A program made the position numbers and the translations under genes. The notes under the pieces are model-generated. The model ran no database searches. It was given only the letters and a program-made list of their open reading frames with translations, and was not told the origin of the DNA. A stretch of DNA of 64,000 nucleotides from a virus: IMG/VR virus record IMGVR_UViG_3300034072_001093, positions 1 through 64,000 of that record; one strand, written 5' to 3'. Shown piece by piece: positions 8,725 through 18,918 of the stretch (its first letter is position 1; each line of letters starts with the position of its first letter).

Positions 8725-10923
8725 ATGACGAAGGACGAAACGGTCCAGCTCCGGACTGATCCGGGGTCCACTGCCAAGCTCACAGACTGGGCCAAGGAGC
8801 CCGTGCTGGCTGACCTGACCCAGGATCTGCAGGTAGCCAAGCAGAGCCACGATCTCCAGATGATGAAGATTGCTGCCTGGCAGGAACTCATGAAGGTCTC
8901 GGGCAAGGAAAAGCCCAAGGCTCGCAAGGGTCGATCGCAGGTCCAGCCCAAGCTGGTTCGCCGTCAGGCAGAGTGGCGATATTCGGCTCTGACCGAGCCC
9001 TTTGTCAGCTCCGACAAGCTCTTCAAGATCGATCCCGTCTCCAGCGAAGACACCAATGCAGCTCGTCAGAACGAGCTGATGCTGAACTACCAGTTCCGCA
9101 CCAAGCTGAACAAGGTCAAGTTCGTCGATGACCTGGTTCGCTCCGACGTCGACGAGGGCACTGCCATCGTTCGCACAGGCTGGGTTCGCAGCACCGTCGA
9201 GGTCGAGGAAGAAGCTCCCGTCTTCGCCATCTTCAGGGCGGAGAGCCAGGAAGAGATCGACCAGCTGCAGCAGGCGATCGAGCTCAAGGTCGCCAATCCC
9301 CGCGGATTTGACGAGACCGTTCCTCCCGAGCTCAAGCAGGCTGTCGAGCATTACGAAGAGACCGGTGAAGCGGCCGTGTTCAAGCAGTCGGGGACCAAGA
9401 TGGTTCCTGTCGAGAAGGTCATCGAGAACCGCCCCGATCTGAAGGTCTTCAACCCGAAGAACGTCCTGATCGATCCCACCTGTGACGGTGACATCGAGAA
9501 GGCTGGCTACTGCATTTTCCTGATCGAGACGTCCAAAGCCGAGCTCATCAAGGAGAACGGCAAGGACGGCAAGCGGTACAAGAACCTCGACAAGATCGAC
9601 TGGAACAACGCCACTCCGGCGACCAATCCCGACATCGAGACGAAGACCCCCAACGGCCTGGTCACCAACGATCCGATGAAGCGGAAAGTGGTGGCCTACG
9701 AGTATTGGGGCTACCACGACATCAATGACGATGGGACCCTGGTTCCTGTCGTCTGCACCTGGATCGGTGAGACGCTGATCCGGATGGAAGAGAACCCCTT
9801 CCCTGACGGCAAGCTGCCGATCGTCATCATTCCCTATATGCCCGTGAAGCGTGAGCTCTACGGTGAGCCTGATGCCGAGCTGCTGGGCGATAACCAGCGA
9901 GTTCTGGGTGCAATCACCCGTGGTATGATCGACCTTCTGGGCCGGTCTGCCAACAGCCAGCAGGGCTTTGCCAAGGGCATGCTCGATCCGGTAAACCGTC
10001 GCCGGTTCGAAGAGGGCGACGATTACGAGTTCAACCCGAACCTGACGCCCGCCAATGGGCACATCGTTCACAAGTACCCCGAGCTGCCTCAGTCGGCGAT
10101 GCTCATGCACAACATGCAGAACCAGGAAGCAGAAGCCCTGACCGGGGTGAAGAGCTTCTCCGGTGGCATGTCTGGTGGTGCTTATGGCGATGTGGCTGCC
10201 GGTATCCGTGGGATGCTCGATGCAGCCTCCAAGCGTGAGATGGCGATCCTTCGTCGCCTGGCTCATGGCATGGCCCAGATTGCCCGCAAGATCGTGATGA
10301 TGAACGCTGTCTTCCTCTCAGAGGAAGAGGTGGTCCGGGTGACCAACACCGAGTTCGTCACCATCAAGCGGGAGGATCTGCAGGGCGAGTTCGACTACCA
10401 GGTCGACATTTCCACCGCCGAGATCGAGGATGCACAGGCCAAGGACCTGGCGTTCATGCTTCAGACCATGGGTCCGAACATGGACTTCTCGATGACGAAG
10501 ATGATCCTCGCCGAGATCGCCCGCCTCAAGAAGATGCCCGAGCTGGCTGCTAAGATCATGGCGTTCGAGCCGAAGCCTGACCCGCTGCAGCAGAAGATCC
10601 AGGAACTGGAGATCGAGAAGCTTCAGGCCGAGATCGAACAGATTCGGGCAAAAACCCAGGAAGCTCTGGCCAACGCAGGCAAGAAGGCCAGCGAGAAGGA
10701 CAAGGCTGACCTGGACTTCGTGGAACAGGAATCTGGTGTCCAGCATGCCCGTGCTCTCCAGCAGACCCAGGCACAAGGCCGAGCCAACCAGGATTTGGAG
10801 GTGCTCAAGGCTCTGACTGCCACCCGCAAACCCGAGGAAAAGGAGCCCGACATCGAGGCTGCTGTCGGGTTCAACACGCTCACAGACATCCGTGACCAAG
10901 GGATCACGGGTGGGGGTGCCTGA
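8725..10923 (+). CDS. Portal protein (N4 gp59-like)
   Basis: 732 aa with conserved N4-portal segments (GRSxVQPKLVRRQAEWRYSALTEPF; RGMIDLLGRSAN). Synteny supports the call. Confidence 0.92.
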   Translation: MTKDETVQLRTDPGSTAKLTDWAKEPVLADLTQDLQVAKQSHDLQMMKIAAWQELMKVSGKEKPKARKGRSQVQPKLVRRQAEWRYSALTEPFVSSDKLFKIDPVSSEDTNAARQNELMLNYQFRTKLNKVKFVDDLVRSDVDEGTAIVRTGWVRSTVEVEEEAPVFAIFRAESQEEIDQLQQAIELKVANPRGFDETVPPELKQAVEHYEETGEAAVFKQSGTKMVPVEKVIENRPDLKVFNPKNVLIDPTCDGDIEKAGYCIFLIETSKAELIKENGKDGKRYKNLDKIDWNNATPATNPDIETKTPNGLVTNDPMKRKVVAYEYWGYHDINDDGTLVPVVCTWIGETLIRMEENPFPDGKLPIVIIPYMPVKRELYGEPDAELLGDNQRVLGAITRGMIDLLGRSANSQQGFAKGMLDPVNRRRFEEGDDYEFNPNLTPANGHIVHKYPELPQSAMLMHNMQNQEAEALTGVKSFSGGMSGGAYGDVAAGIRGMLDAASKREMAILRRLAHGMAQIARKIVMMNAVFLSEEEVVRVTNTEFVTIKREDLQGEFDYQVDISTAEIEDAQAKDLAFMLQTMGPNMDFSMTKMILAEIARLKKMPELAAKIMAFEPKPDPLQQKIQELEIEKLQAEIEQIRAKTQEALANAGKKASEKDKADLDFVEQESGVQHARALQQTQAQGRANQDLEVLKALTATRKPEEKEPDIEAAVGFNTLTDIRDQGITGGGA

Positions 10924-10978
10924 GGCACCCTGATCTCATCCCCTCAACGATAACCCAGAAAAGACGGAAACGACCAAC

Positions 10979-11314
10979 ATGTCCGAAGTTGCCCAGCTTG
11001 AACAGTACCGCGAAAACGCCAAGGAGCTGCTCGATCGCCGCCATATGGCCCAGCGTCTCGCACTCAACCCCGACTTCAAGAAGCTGATCCTCGACGAGTT
11101 CTGCCTGCGCGAAGCAGCTCGCTATGTTCAGTCGTCGGCCGATCCGGCTCTGCCGGCCAATGAGCGGGCTGATGCTCTCGCCATGGCTCAGGCTTCTGGC
11201 CACCTGAAGCGCTTCCTGTCGGTCACGATCCAGATGGGTGCTCATGCTGAGCGGGAAATGCCCGAGATCGACGCCGCCCTCGCCGAAGCCCGTGCCGAGG
11301 AGGGTGCTGACTGA
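10979..11314 (+). CDS. Conserved N4-like protein (gp58-like)
   Basis: Lies between portal and gp57. Contains the motif NPDFKKLILD. Confidence 0.75.
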   Translation: MSEVAQLEQYRENAKELLDRRHMAQRLALNPDFKKLILDEFCLREAARYVQSSADPALPANERADALAMAQASGHLKRFLSVTIQMGAHAEREMPEIDAALAEARAEEGAD

Positions 11315-12543
11315 TGACTACCGAAAACACCAATCCGCTGGGAATGTCCGATGAGGACTTCCTGAACATGGTTCCCCCTTCGAGCGAACCCAAGCAGGAG
11401 CAGGAAGCTGCACCGGCTGAGGCCGCCGCTGAAGACGAGGAACAGCAGGGAAACGAGGGCACCGCCGACACACCCGCCGAAGGTCAAGCGGCCGAAGGGA
11501 CGGAAACGGACGGAACCTCGGACACCGAAACTGGAGCGGCCGCCGAAGCTGAAGACGAAGGTGCTGAGGGTGACGAGGGCAAAGAAGCCCCCAAAGATCC
11601 CTCCCCCGCATCTGGCGACACCAAAGCCGCGGACGGCGCAGCCGTCAAAGCAGGCGAAGGTGGCGACAAGGGCGGGGAGAAGAAGGCCGAACCGAAGTCC
11701 AACACCAATGAAAGTCCGAACTACCAGGCTTTCTACGAACAGATCATGACGCCGTTCAAGGCGAATGGTCGCACCATTGAACTGAAGTCGCCTGAAGAGG
11801 CGATCCAGCTCATGCAGATGGGTGCGAACTACACCAAGAAAATGCAGGATATACAGCCGCACCGCAAAGTGCTAATGATGCTGCAGAACAACGACCTTCT
11901 CGACGAGGGCAAGCTCTCCTTCGCCATTGACCTGGTGAAGAAAGACCCCGAGGCGATCAAGAAGCTCGTCAAGGATGCTGGTATCGATCCAATGGACATC
12001 GATACCACCGTCGAACCCTCTTACACCGAGGGCAACCACACGGTTAGCGACGAAGAAGCCCGGTTCCGGGAAACTCTGGAGGACGTCACTTCCTCCGAGT
12101 CCGGCAAGGAAACGCTTCAAACGATCGATCGCACCTGGGACCCTGCCAGCAAAGAGGCTCTGTGGAAATCGCCCGAGATCATGGCGATCATGCACCAACA
12201 GCGGGAAGCAGGCGTCTATGACGTCATCGCCGCCGAGGTCGAACGCCAGCGCACACTGGGCAAGATTCCCGCAAACACCCCGTTCCTCCAGGCCTACAAG
12301 GACGTAGGCGAACAGCTCACTCAGGCAGGTGCTTTCGGCACCCCTACTGCTGACCAATCCGGCAAGCCGGAACGTCAGAAGATCGGTGAGAAAGTCGCTG
12401 CTCCCAAGCCCAAGGTGACCAACGGGGACAAGGCCAGTGCTGCTGCTCCCACGCGCAGTGCAGGCAAGCCCGCCCACAAAATCGTGAACCCGCTGTCGAT
12501 GTCCGACGACGAGTTCATGAACAGCTTCAAAGATCGCCTTTGA
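11314..12543 (+). CDS. Scaffold / 'tape-measure'-annotated N4 gp57-like protein
   Basis: Acidic low-complexity N-terminus, PFKANG...LMQMGANY motif, and NPLxMSDEDF repeated at both termini. Confidence 0.85.
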   Translation: MTTENTNPLGMSDEDFLNMVPPSSEPKQEQEAAPAEAAAEDEEQQGNEGTADTPAEGQAAEGTETDGTSDTETGAAAEAEDEGAEGDEGKEAPKDPSPASGDTKAADGAAVKAGEGGDKGGEKKAEPKSNTNESPNYQAFYEQIMTPFKANGRTIELKSPEEAIQLMQMGANYTKKMQDIQPHRKVLMMLQNNDLLDEGKLSFAIDLVKKDPEAIKKLVKDAGIDPMDIDTTVEPSYTEGNHTVSDEEARFRETLEDVTSSESGKETLQTIDRTWDPASKEALWKSPEIMAIMHQQREAGVYDVIAAEVERQRTLGKIPANTPFLQAYKDVGEQLTQAGAFGTPTADQSGKPERQKIGEKVAAPKPKVTNGDKASAAAPTRSAGKPAHKIVNPLSMSDDEFMNSFKDRL

Positions 12544-12567
12544 TCGTCTCCAGGGACCAAAAACAAG

Positions 12568-13758
12568 ATGTTGAACTACAACGCACCCGCCGCTGGCCAG
12601 AAGTCGTCGATCGACAGTGCCGGCTCCGATCAGATGAACACCTTCTTCTGGCTGAAGAAGTCGATCATCGAAAGCCGGAAGGAGCAGTTTTTCATGCCGC
12701 TCGCTTCCGTCACCAACATGCCGAAGCATTACGGCAAGTCGATCAAGGTCTATGAGTACGTTCCGCTGCTCGATGACCGCAACGTCAACGATCAGGGTCT
12801 CGACGCTGCCGGTGCTACCACCGTCAACGGCAACCTGTACGGTTCGAGCCGTGACGTTGGCACCATCACCTCGCGTCTGCCCACGCTGACCGAGAATGGC
12901 GGTCGTGTGAACCGTGTCGGCTTCACCCGTCTGGAACGCGAAGGCTCGATCCACAAGTTCGGTTTCTTCACCGAATTTACCCAGGAATCGATGGACTTCG
13001 ATTCGGACGACATGCTGATGGATCACCTGTCGCGTGAGCTGATGACCGGTGCCGTACAGCTGACCGAAGCTGTGCTGCAGAAGGATCTGCTCGCTGCTGC
13101 TGGCACCGTCCTGTTCGCAGGTATGGCAGCCAACAACGGCCAGGTCACCGGCGAAGGCCAGGTGCCCTCGGTGGTCAGCTATGCCAACCTGATGCGCCTC
13201 GATCAGATCCTGACCGACAACCGCACGCCGAAGCAGACCAAGGTCATCACTGGCTCGCGTCTGAACGACACCAAGACTATTCCTGGTGCTCGCGTCATGT
13301 TCGTCGGCTCGGAACTGGTTCCGCTGCTGAAGGGCCTGAAGGACCTGTTCAACAATCCGGCTTTCATCGCCATCCAGCACTATGCGGATGCCGGTACGAT
13401 CCTGAACGGTGAGATCGGCACGATCGATGCCTTCCGCATCGTCCAAGTTCCGGAAATGCTGCACTGGGCAGGTGCTGGTGCCGATGTCGTGGACAACCCC
13501 GGTTACCGGGAGACCAACGGCAATTACGACATCTACCCGATGCTCGTGATCGGCGAGGACAGCTTCACCACCATCGGCTTCCAGACCGACGGCCAGACGG
13601 TGAAGTTCTCGGTGATGACCAAGATGCCGGGCAAGGAAACCGCGGATCGCAACGATCCCTACGGTGAGACCGGCTTCAGCTCGATCAAGTGGTACTACGG
13701 TATCCTGGTCAAGCGTCCCGAGCGCATCGCTCTGGTGAAGACCGTCGCTCCGCTCTGA
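12568..13758 (+). CDS. Major capsid protein (N4 gp56-like)
   Basis: 396 aa with N4 MCP motifs ([39 protein letters not shown]) and highly biased codons. Confidence 0.95.
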   Translation: MLNYNAPAAGQKSSIDSAGSDQMNTFFWLKKSIIESRKEQFFMPLASVTNMPKHYGKSIKVYEYVPLLDDRNVNDQGLDAAGATTVNGNLYGSSRDVGTITSRLPTLTENGGRVNRVGFTRLEREGSIHKFGFFTEFTQESMDFDSDDMLMDHLSRELMTGAVQLTEAVLQKDLLAAAGTVLFAGMAANNGQVTGEGQVPSVVSYANLMRLDQILTDNRTPKQTKVITGSRLNDTKTIPGARVMFVGSELVPLLKGLKDLFNNPAFIAIQHYADAGTILNGEIGTIDAFRIVQVPEMLHWAGAGADVVDNPGYRETNGNYDIYPMLVIGEDSFTTIGFQTDGQTVKFSVMTKMPGKETADRNDPYGETGFSSIKWYYGILVKRPERIALVKTVAPL

Positions 13759-13777
13759 TTGAGCTGAGCCAATGATC

Positions 13778-13802
13778 GAGGGGGGAGCAATCCCCCCTCT
13801 TT
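13778..13802 (+). terminator. Terminator after the major capsid gene
   Basis: GAGGGGGGA-GCAA-TCCCCCCTC followed by TTT. Confidence 0.8.
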
Positions 13803-13834
13803 CAGCATTCCCCCAAGATAAGAGACCAACAGAA

Positions 13835-14455
13835 ATGTCCGACGAAACCCAGAACACTGCCCCGGCCAAGACCGAGCTCGAAGTCCTCAAGGACCGTGCT
13901 CGCGTGATGGGCATCACCTTCTCGCCCAACATCGGTGTCGAGGCCCTGCGTGCCCGCATTGAAGCCAAGATGAACGGCGAAGACGAGAAGAGCCAGGAGC
14001 AGGAAGCTCCCCAGCAGGCTCAGAACGAGATCAATCCCCTCGGCGAAACTCCGACCGATCGGCCGCTCACGATGTCCGAGCTTCGTAAGAAGATCATCGC
14101 CGAGCAGACCCGTCTGGTTCGCATCCGCATCACCAACATGGATCCCAAAAAGAAGGATCTGCCGGGTGAAATTATCACGGTGGCCAACGAGTTCATGGGC
14201 ACCATCAAGAAGTATGTGCCCTATGGCGAGGCAACCGAGAACGGTTACCATGTGCCGTACTGCATCTATGACTTCCTGAAGGAGCGCCGCTTCCTCGACA
14301 TCCGCACGAAGCGCGACAAGAAGGGTCAGATCCAAACCACCGCAAACTATGTTCGCGAGTTCGCGATCGAGGTGCTCGATCCCCTGACGCCCGAAGAACT
14401 GGCTCGTCTCGCCAACCAGCAGGCTGCCAGCGGCAGCGTGACCAACGCCGACTGA
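13835..14455 (+). CDS. N4 gp55-like protein
   Basis: Motifs LKxRAxxMGIxFSPNIG and LVRIRITNMDPKK. Synteny supports the call. Confidence 0.8.
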   Translation: MSDETQNTAPAKTELEVLKDRARVMGITFSPNIGVEALRARIEAKMNGEDEKSQEQEAPQQAQNEINPLGETPTDRPLTMSELRKKIIAEQTRLVRIRITNMDPKKKDLPGEIITVANEFMGTIKKYVPYGEATENGYHVPYCIYDFLKERRFLDIRTKRDKKGQIQTTANYVREFAIEVLDPLTPEELARLANQQAASGSVTNAD

Positions 14456-14477
14456 TCCAGGAAGGACACCTCCCCCG

Positions 14478-16121
14478 ATGGCAACCAACGGTGCAGATCT
14501 TGTCGCCAATGATCTGTTGAACTCTCTGGCTCCAGGGCCTGAGTTCGAGGTCCCGAACATCGACATCACGCAGGATGAGTTCCAGTTTCCTGGTTCTCTC
14601 GGCGATGATCTCTATGGCACGGTAACCCGGCTCAAGAACGAAGATCTCACCACCGGTGCCGTCGGGGGCACTGGTGCCTTTGATGCGCTCATGCAGAGCA
14701 TCAAGGCACACCTGCGGGAAGAATATGACAAGGGCCGGATCACCGGCGCTGAGTACACCAAGGCATACATCGCCCTCACCGAGGGTGCGATGGCAAACGC
14801 AACCCAATTTCTTCTGAGCCGGGAGCAGGCATTCTGGGAAGCCCAGAAAAGCCAGATTGCTGCGATATCGGGCCTCACCGAACTGGAGCTTCAGAAGCTC
14901 CGGATCACCCAGGCTCGTCTGGAAGCTGTGACCACTCGGGTAAACTTTGCGCGAGCGAAGATCTCGCTGGCTCTGGAAGACCTCAACTTCGGAACGGCCA
15001 AGTTCAATCTCGACCAGATCCTGCCGAAGGAGCTGGAGCTCAAGGGTCTCCAGGGCCTGAGCATCACGAGCCAGACCAACCTGACCGACAAGCAGCTCGA
15101 TCGACTGGACTCCGAAATCTCCCTGACCGAAGCTCAGGTCAGCAAGATGGCTGTCGAGGAGACGCTCGTCACACAGCAGGTTGCCAAGCTGGTCAAGGAC
15201 ACGGATTACATCGTGGCCCAGACTGGACAGATCGAGAGCCAGATCGAGCTTACTGAAGCCCAGACCCTAAAGCTCGGTAGCGATAAGAGCCTGGTTGACG
15301 CTGAGGTTCTCAAAAACGCCCAGGAGCTGCAGGTCCTCATCAAGCAGGTCACCAAGCTCGACAGCGAGATCGAGCTGACTGACGCACAGATTGCCAAGAT
15401 GGAAAGCGACACTGCGGTCAATACGGCCCAGATTGCAAAGCTCGCCAGCGATCGTCTCTACGTCGATGCCCAGGCCACCAAGATCCCGAGCGAGATCCTG
15501 TTGACCGATGCCCAGACCGCAAAACTCGGCAGCGACAAGCTTTACGTGGATGCCCAGATCACCAAGGTTGCAAGCGAGAAATCGCTGATCGACAGCCAGG
15601 TGGCCAAGGCTGCAGCGGAAAAGCTCAACATCGAAGCGAACACCAATCGCATCACGGCCGAGATCACTCTGCTTGGTTCCCAGAACCAGAAGATGCTGTC
15701 GGACAAGCTGCTGGTCGACGCCCAGCGGACGAACCTGGGTGCCGAGAAGCTGAAGATCGAAGCCGACACCCAGTTCATTCTGTCCCGTGTCACGCTCAAC
15801 GAAAACGAGATCGACCTGTTCGAGATCAAAGAGAAGCTCATGCAGGAGCAACTCGAAGGTGAGCGAGCCAAGACGATGGATACCCGATCGGATGGGATCA
15901 CCCCCATCCTGGGTTCGGTCGGCAAGCAGAAGGACCTCTACGCCCAGCAGATCGTGTCGTATCAGCGGGATGCCGAGGTCAAGGCCGGCAAGCTGTTCGT
16001 GGACAGCTGGATCACGCAGAAGACGATCGATGAAGGTCTCCTGGCTCCCCAGGGCTTCACCAATGCCAGCCTCGATCAGGTGCTCTCTGCGCTCAAGATC
16101 AAGAACGGCTTCGTGCCGTAA
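14478..16121 (+). CDS. Tail tube / structural protein (N4 gp54-like) with expanded 14-aa repeat region
   Basis: Conserved N-terminal LTTGxVGGTGAFDALM...RITGAEY and C-terminal GSVGKQKDLYxQQIxSY. Central tandem 14-residue repeats. Confidence 0.8.
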   Translation: MATNGADLVANDLLNSLAPGPEFEVPNIDITQDEFQFPGSLGDDLYGTVTRLKNEDLTTGAVGGTGAFDALMQSIKAHLREEYDKGRITGAEYTKAYIALTEGAMANATQFLLSREQAFWEAQKSQIAAISGLTELELQKLRITQARLEAVTTRVNFARAKISLALEDLNFGTAKFNLDQILPKELELKGLQGLSITSQTNLTDKQLDRLDSEISLTEAQVSKMAVEETLVTQQVAKLVKDTDYIVAQTGQIESQIELTEAQTLKLGSDKSLVDAEVLKNAQELQVLIKQVTKLDSEIELTDAQIAKMESDTAVNTAQIAKLASDRLYVDAQATKIPSEILLTDAQTAKLGSDKLYVDAQITKVASEKSLIDSQVAKAAAEKLNIEANTNRITAEITLLGSQNQKMLSDKLLVDAQRTNLGAEKLKIEADTQFILSRVTLNENEIDLFEIKEKLMQEQLEGERAKTMDTRSDGITPILGSVGKQKDLYAQQIVSYQRDAEVKAGKLFVDSWITQKTIDEGLLAPQGFTNASLDQVLSALKIKNGFVP

Positions 16122-18343
16122 TGGGCCTGCTTGGCGGAACCAAGATCTATGTCTCGTCGGTGGCCTACAACCTGGCTGGTGACGAGAAGGATCGGCCGAA
16201 TTTCCTGAAGAGCGTGGTGATCGGGAACATCCTGACACCACGCAATATCTCCATGTCCCAGGCCCTGGCGTCAGCCTATGGCAAGGGACCAGGCATGAAG
16301 CTGCGTTCGCTGTTCAAATGGGCACAGCGGAACTACAAGCTGGTGGGTATGCCCCAGTCCAGGGGACGCAGCTCATTCCGGATCGATTACAACGCCGTCA
16401 AGCAGCGTATCCCGGTGGAGTGGAGTACGATCGCTGACATCCGGGTAGTGAAGACCGGTGTGGCCGATTACACCTGGTGGGCGGAGCAGTGGATCCTGGA
16501 CTATGAGCCAGCCATCTTCGAGACCAACTGGCAAGCGGATATCGACAACAATTATAACGAGATCACGATCTACCGGGCCGATGGCACGTCGATCACGTTC
16601 GCCCCTCAGGGCTTCGACCGAAACGCACTCTACCTCTACGTGGTCTATGGTTCTCGGAACCTGCATCAGGGCAGGATCTGGATCTACAAATACCTGTCTG
16701 GTCAGCCGACACTCGACATCATGATCTCGGAGACAGCTGCTCCCCTGAGCGACTGGTATCCGGTGATCCCTGTCCGTCTAAACAACCGGTTCGTCTCCGA
16801 GGAGAACCGGGCCGAGCTCTATTACGATGCCAAGCGCTGCTACAAAAAGGCAACCGGAGAGCATCTCGATAGCCTGATCGACAAGCTCAAGGACAACGAG
16901 AACCTCGACGACATCGACTATGCCCACGTCATCTTCGGGGTGTCGCTGAACACAAAGGAGAATGCCGGGCTGCGATACCTCTACCAGTTCTTCTTCAAGC
17001 ACATGCCGAACCAGGCCACGGATTCTCAGTATTACCAGCTCTGGAAGTCCAAGCAGGAGCTCTACGAGCAGCAGGCCCAGGCTTGGGTGGACTGGCGTGA
17101 CGAGCAGGGATTTGTGCGTCCTGGTGACCTGCTCCAGGGAACCAAGCAGCCGAGCTACCCGAGGCCTCCGGTGCCGCCCTGGAATGGTGTCCAGATCCGG
17201 CATGAAGCTCCCGCGGATATTGATTTCGACATCGACATCGGATGGCGTGCGATCACCGAGCAGAAGGGCACAGGCCTGGGCAAGCCGGACGCCAAACCCG
17301 GCGATCTGTGGTGGGAAGTGCGAAGCGGATACCGCTTCAATCTGTTCGGGCAAGACGGCCAGGTCATCACCAAGAAGTCGAGCCAGAAGGATGATTATGT
17401 CGTTCTCTGGTGGCAGACCGGTGTCGATAGCTGGCGTGCTCTGCACATCGAGGGCCTGGTTCACAACAACTTCGTGTACCGGGGCAAGGATGTGGAGACC
17501 ACGGCAACCGAGGCGATCACCGACGAAGACCCTTCAGGGTTCATCGTGCCGCTCCAGTATTCCACCTTCACTGAGATGAGCCTGATCGAGGCAACGCAGA
17601 TGTCGACTGCGTGCATCCATCTGGTGCTCAACTCCTACAAGGTGGTGAAGAAGAAATGGTATCAGACCGGTCTGTTCAAGATCGTCCTGATCGTCGCTGT
17701 CATTGCCACGATCTATTTCACCGGAGGCTTCTCGGCAGGTGCCGTTGGTGCTCTTGGCTCCAACCTTGCAGTAGGCACAGCGATCGGCTTGACCGGCATG
17801 GCTGCGATCATTGTCGGAGCAGTGGCCAACGCCATTGCAGCCATGATCATCACGAGCGTTATCACCAAGGGAGCGACTGCAGCTTTCGGGGCGAAGATCG
17901 GCGCGATCGTCGGGGTCCTTGCCTCGCTGGTCGCGATCAACGGGCTCACCAACATGGCGAGCACCGGTAACTTTGCGATCAACTTTGGAAGCATGGCCAG
18001 GGCGGAGAATCTGCTCAAGCTCGCCAGTGCTGCCGGCAACGCATATTCCGGTTTCGTGGAGGCCTCGATAGCGGACATTGCCGCTGAGACCCAGGAGATG
18101 CTCGACGAGTACAAGGGCGAAGCGGAAAAGCTGTCTGCTCTCTATGAAGAGATGGTGGGATCTGATAGAGGTGTCATTGACCCCACGACATTCACCAACG
18201 TGGGCAGCCCATTTATCGAGAGCCCTGGTTCCTTCCTTGGACGGACTCTCATGACGGGAAGCGACATCGCCGATCTCTCTCTAGAGATGCTGTCCAACTT
18301 CGCCGACATCACCCTCAGCACTGAACTTTCGCTCGACGCATGA
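16121..18343 (+). CDS. N4 gp53-like structural protein with C-terminal hydrophobic helices
   Basis: MGLxGxxKIYVSS start and KKKWYQTGxFK followed by several TM-like segments. Synteny supports the call. Confidence 0.75.
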   Translation: MGLLGGTKIYVSSVAYNLAGDEKDRPNFLKSVVIGNILTPRNISMSQALASAYGKGPGMKLRSLFKWAQRNYKLVGMPQSRGRSSFRIDYNAVKQRIPVEWSTIADIRVVKTGVADYTWWAEQWILDYEPAIFETNWQADIDNNYNEITIYRADGTSITFAPQGFDRNALYLYVVYGSRNLHQGRIWIYKYLSGQPTLDIMISETAAPLSDWYPVIPVRLNNRFVSEENRAELYYDAKRCYKKATGEHLDSLIDKLKDNENLDDIDYAHVIFGVSLNTKENAGLRYLYQFFFKHMPNQATDSQYYQLWKSKQELYEQQAQAWVDWRDEQGFVRPGDLLQGTKQPSYPRPPVPPWNGVQIRHEAPADIDFDIDIGWRAITEQKGTGLGKPDAKPGDLWWEVRSGYRFNLFGQDGQVITKKSSQKDDYVVLWWQTGVDSWRALHIEGLVHNNFVYRGKDVETTATEAITDEDPSGFIVPLQYSTFTEMSLIEATQMSTACIHLVLNSYKVVKKKWYQTGLFKIVLIVAVIATIYFTGGFSAGAVGALGSNLAVGTAIGLTGMAAIIVGAVANAIAAMIITSVITKGATAAFGAKIGAIVGVLASLVAINGLTNMASTGNFAINFGSMARAENLLKLASAAGNAYSGFVEASIADIAAETQEMLDEYKGEAEKLSALYEEMVGSDRGVIDPTTFTNVGSPFIESPGSFLGRTLMTGSDIADLSLEMLSNFADITLSTELSLDA

Positions 18344-18363
18344 GCTGAATGTGGAGACCATCC

Positions 18364-18900
18364 ATGTCTGAAATGAACAACACGCCCTTCGGTCTTCGCT
18401 CTTATCGGCCTCTGCCGATGGGTGAGGACTTCATGGGTGGCCCTACCCTCGCTGACTCGCTCCGTGGCTTTGGTGGGACGGGTGGCGTTCCCCTGTCTGG
18501 CTCCTCGCTTGCGGGCAATATCGTGCTCGACCCCAATATGGGGGCAAACCTTGCTTCGGCGGCGATGACCCCGGCAATTGCTGGTATGCCGAACGCTGGC
18601 GGCATCGGAGCAAGCTGGGGAAAGCCCACCTTCACCGATAAAGCCAATATGGTGATTTCGGGTCTCGGCCTGCTCAGCAACCTCTGGATGGGATCCAAGC
18701 AGCTCAGCCTCGCCAAGCGGAACCAGAAGCTGGCAGAGCAGACCACCCAGGCCAACTATGACGCTCAGCGTCTCGACACGGCACGAAGTCTTCAAGACAT
18801 CGGCCGCACTCGTGCATTCACCGAAGGCCGATCGGAAGCCGACGGTAAAGCCTGGGCCGACAGCTACACCCCCAAGGATCTGAAGTTCGGCCGCGGCTGA
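18364..18900 (+). CDS. Small ejection/structural protein (N4 gp52-like)
   Basis: Position in the operon, an amphipathic segment GLGLLSNLWMGxKQL, and no Cys. Confidence 0.65.
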   Translation: MSEMNNTPFGLRSYRPLPMGEDFMGGPTLADSLRGFGGTGGVPLSGSSLAGNIVLDPNMGANLASAAMTPAIAGMPNAGGIGASWGKPTFTDKANMVISGLGLLSNLWMGSKQLSLAKRNQKLAEQTTQANYDAQRLDTARSLQDIGRTRAFTEGRSEADGKAWADSYTPKDLKFGRG

Positions 18901-18918
18901 TAAGAGAGGAACTCCCCG

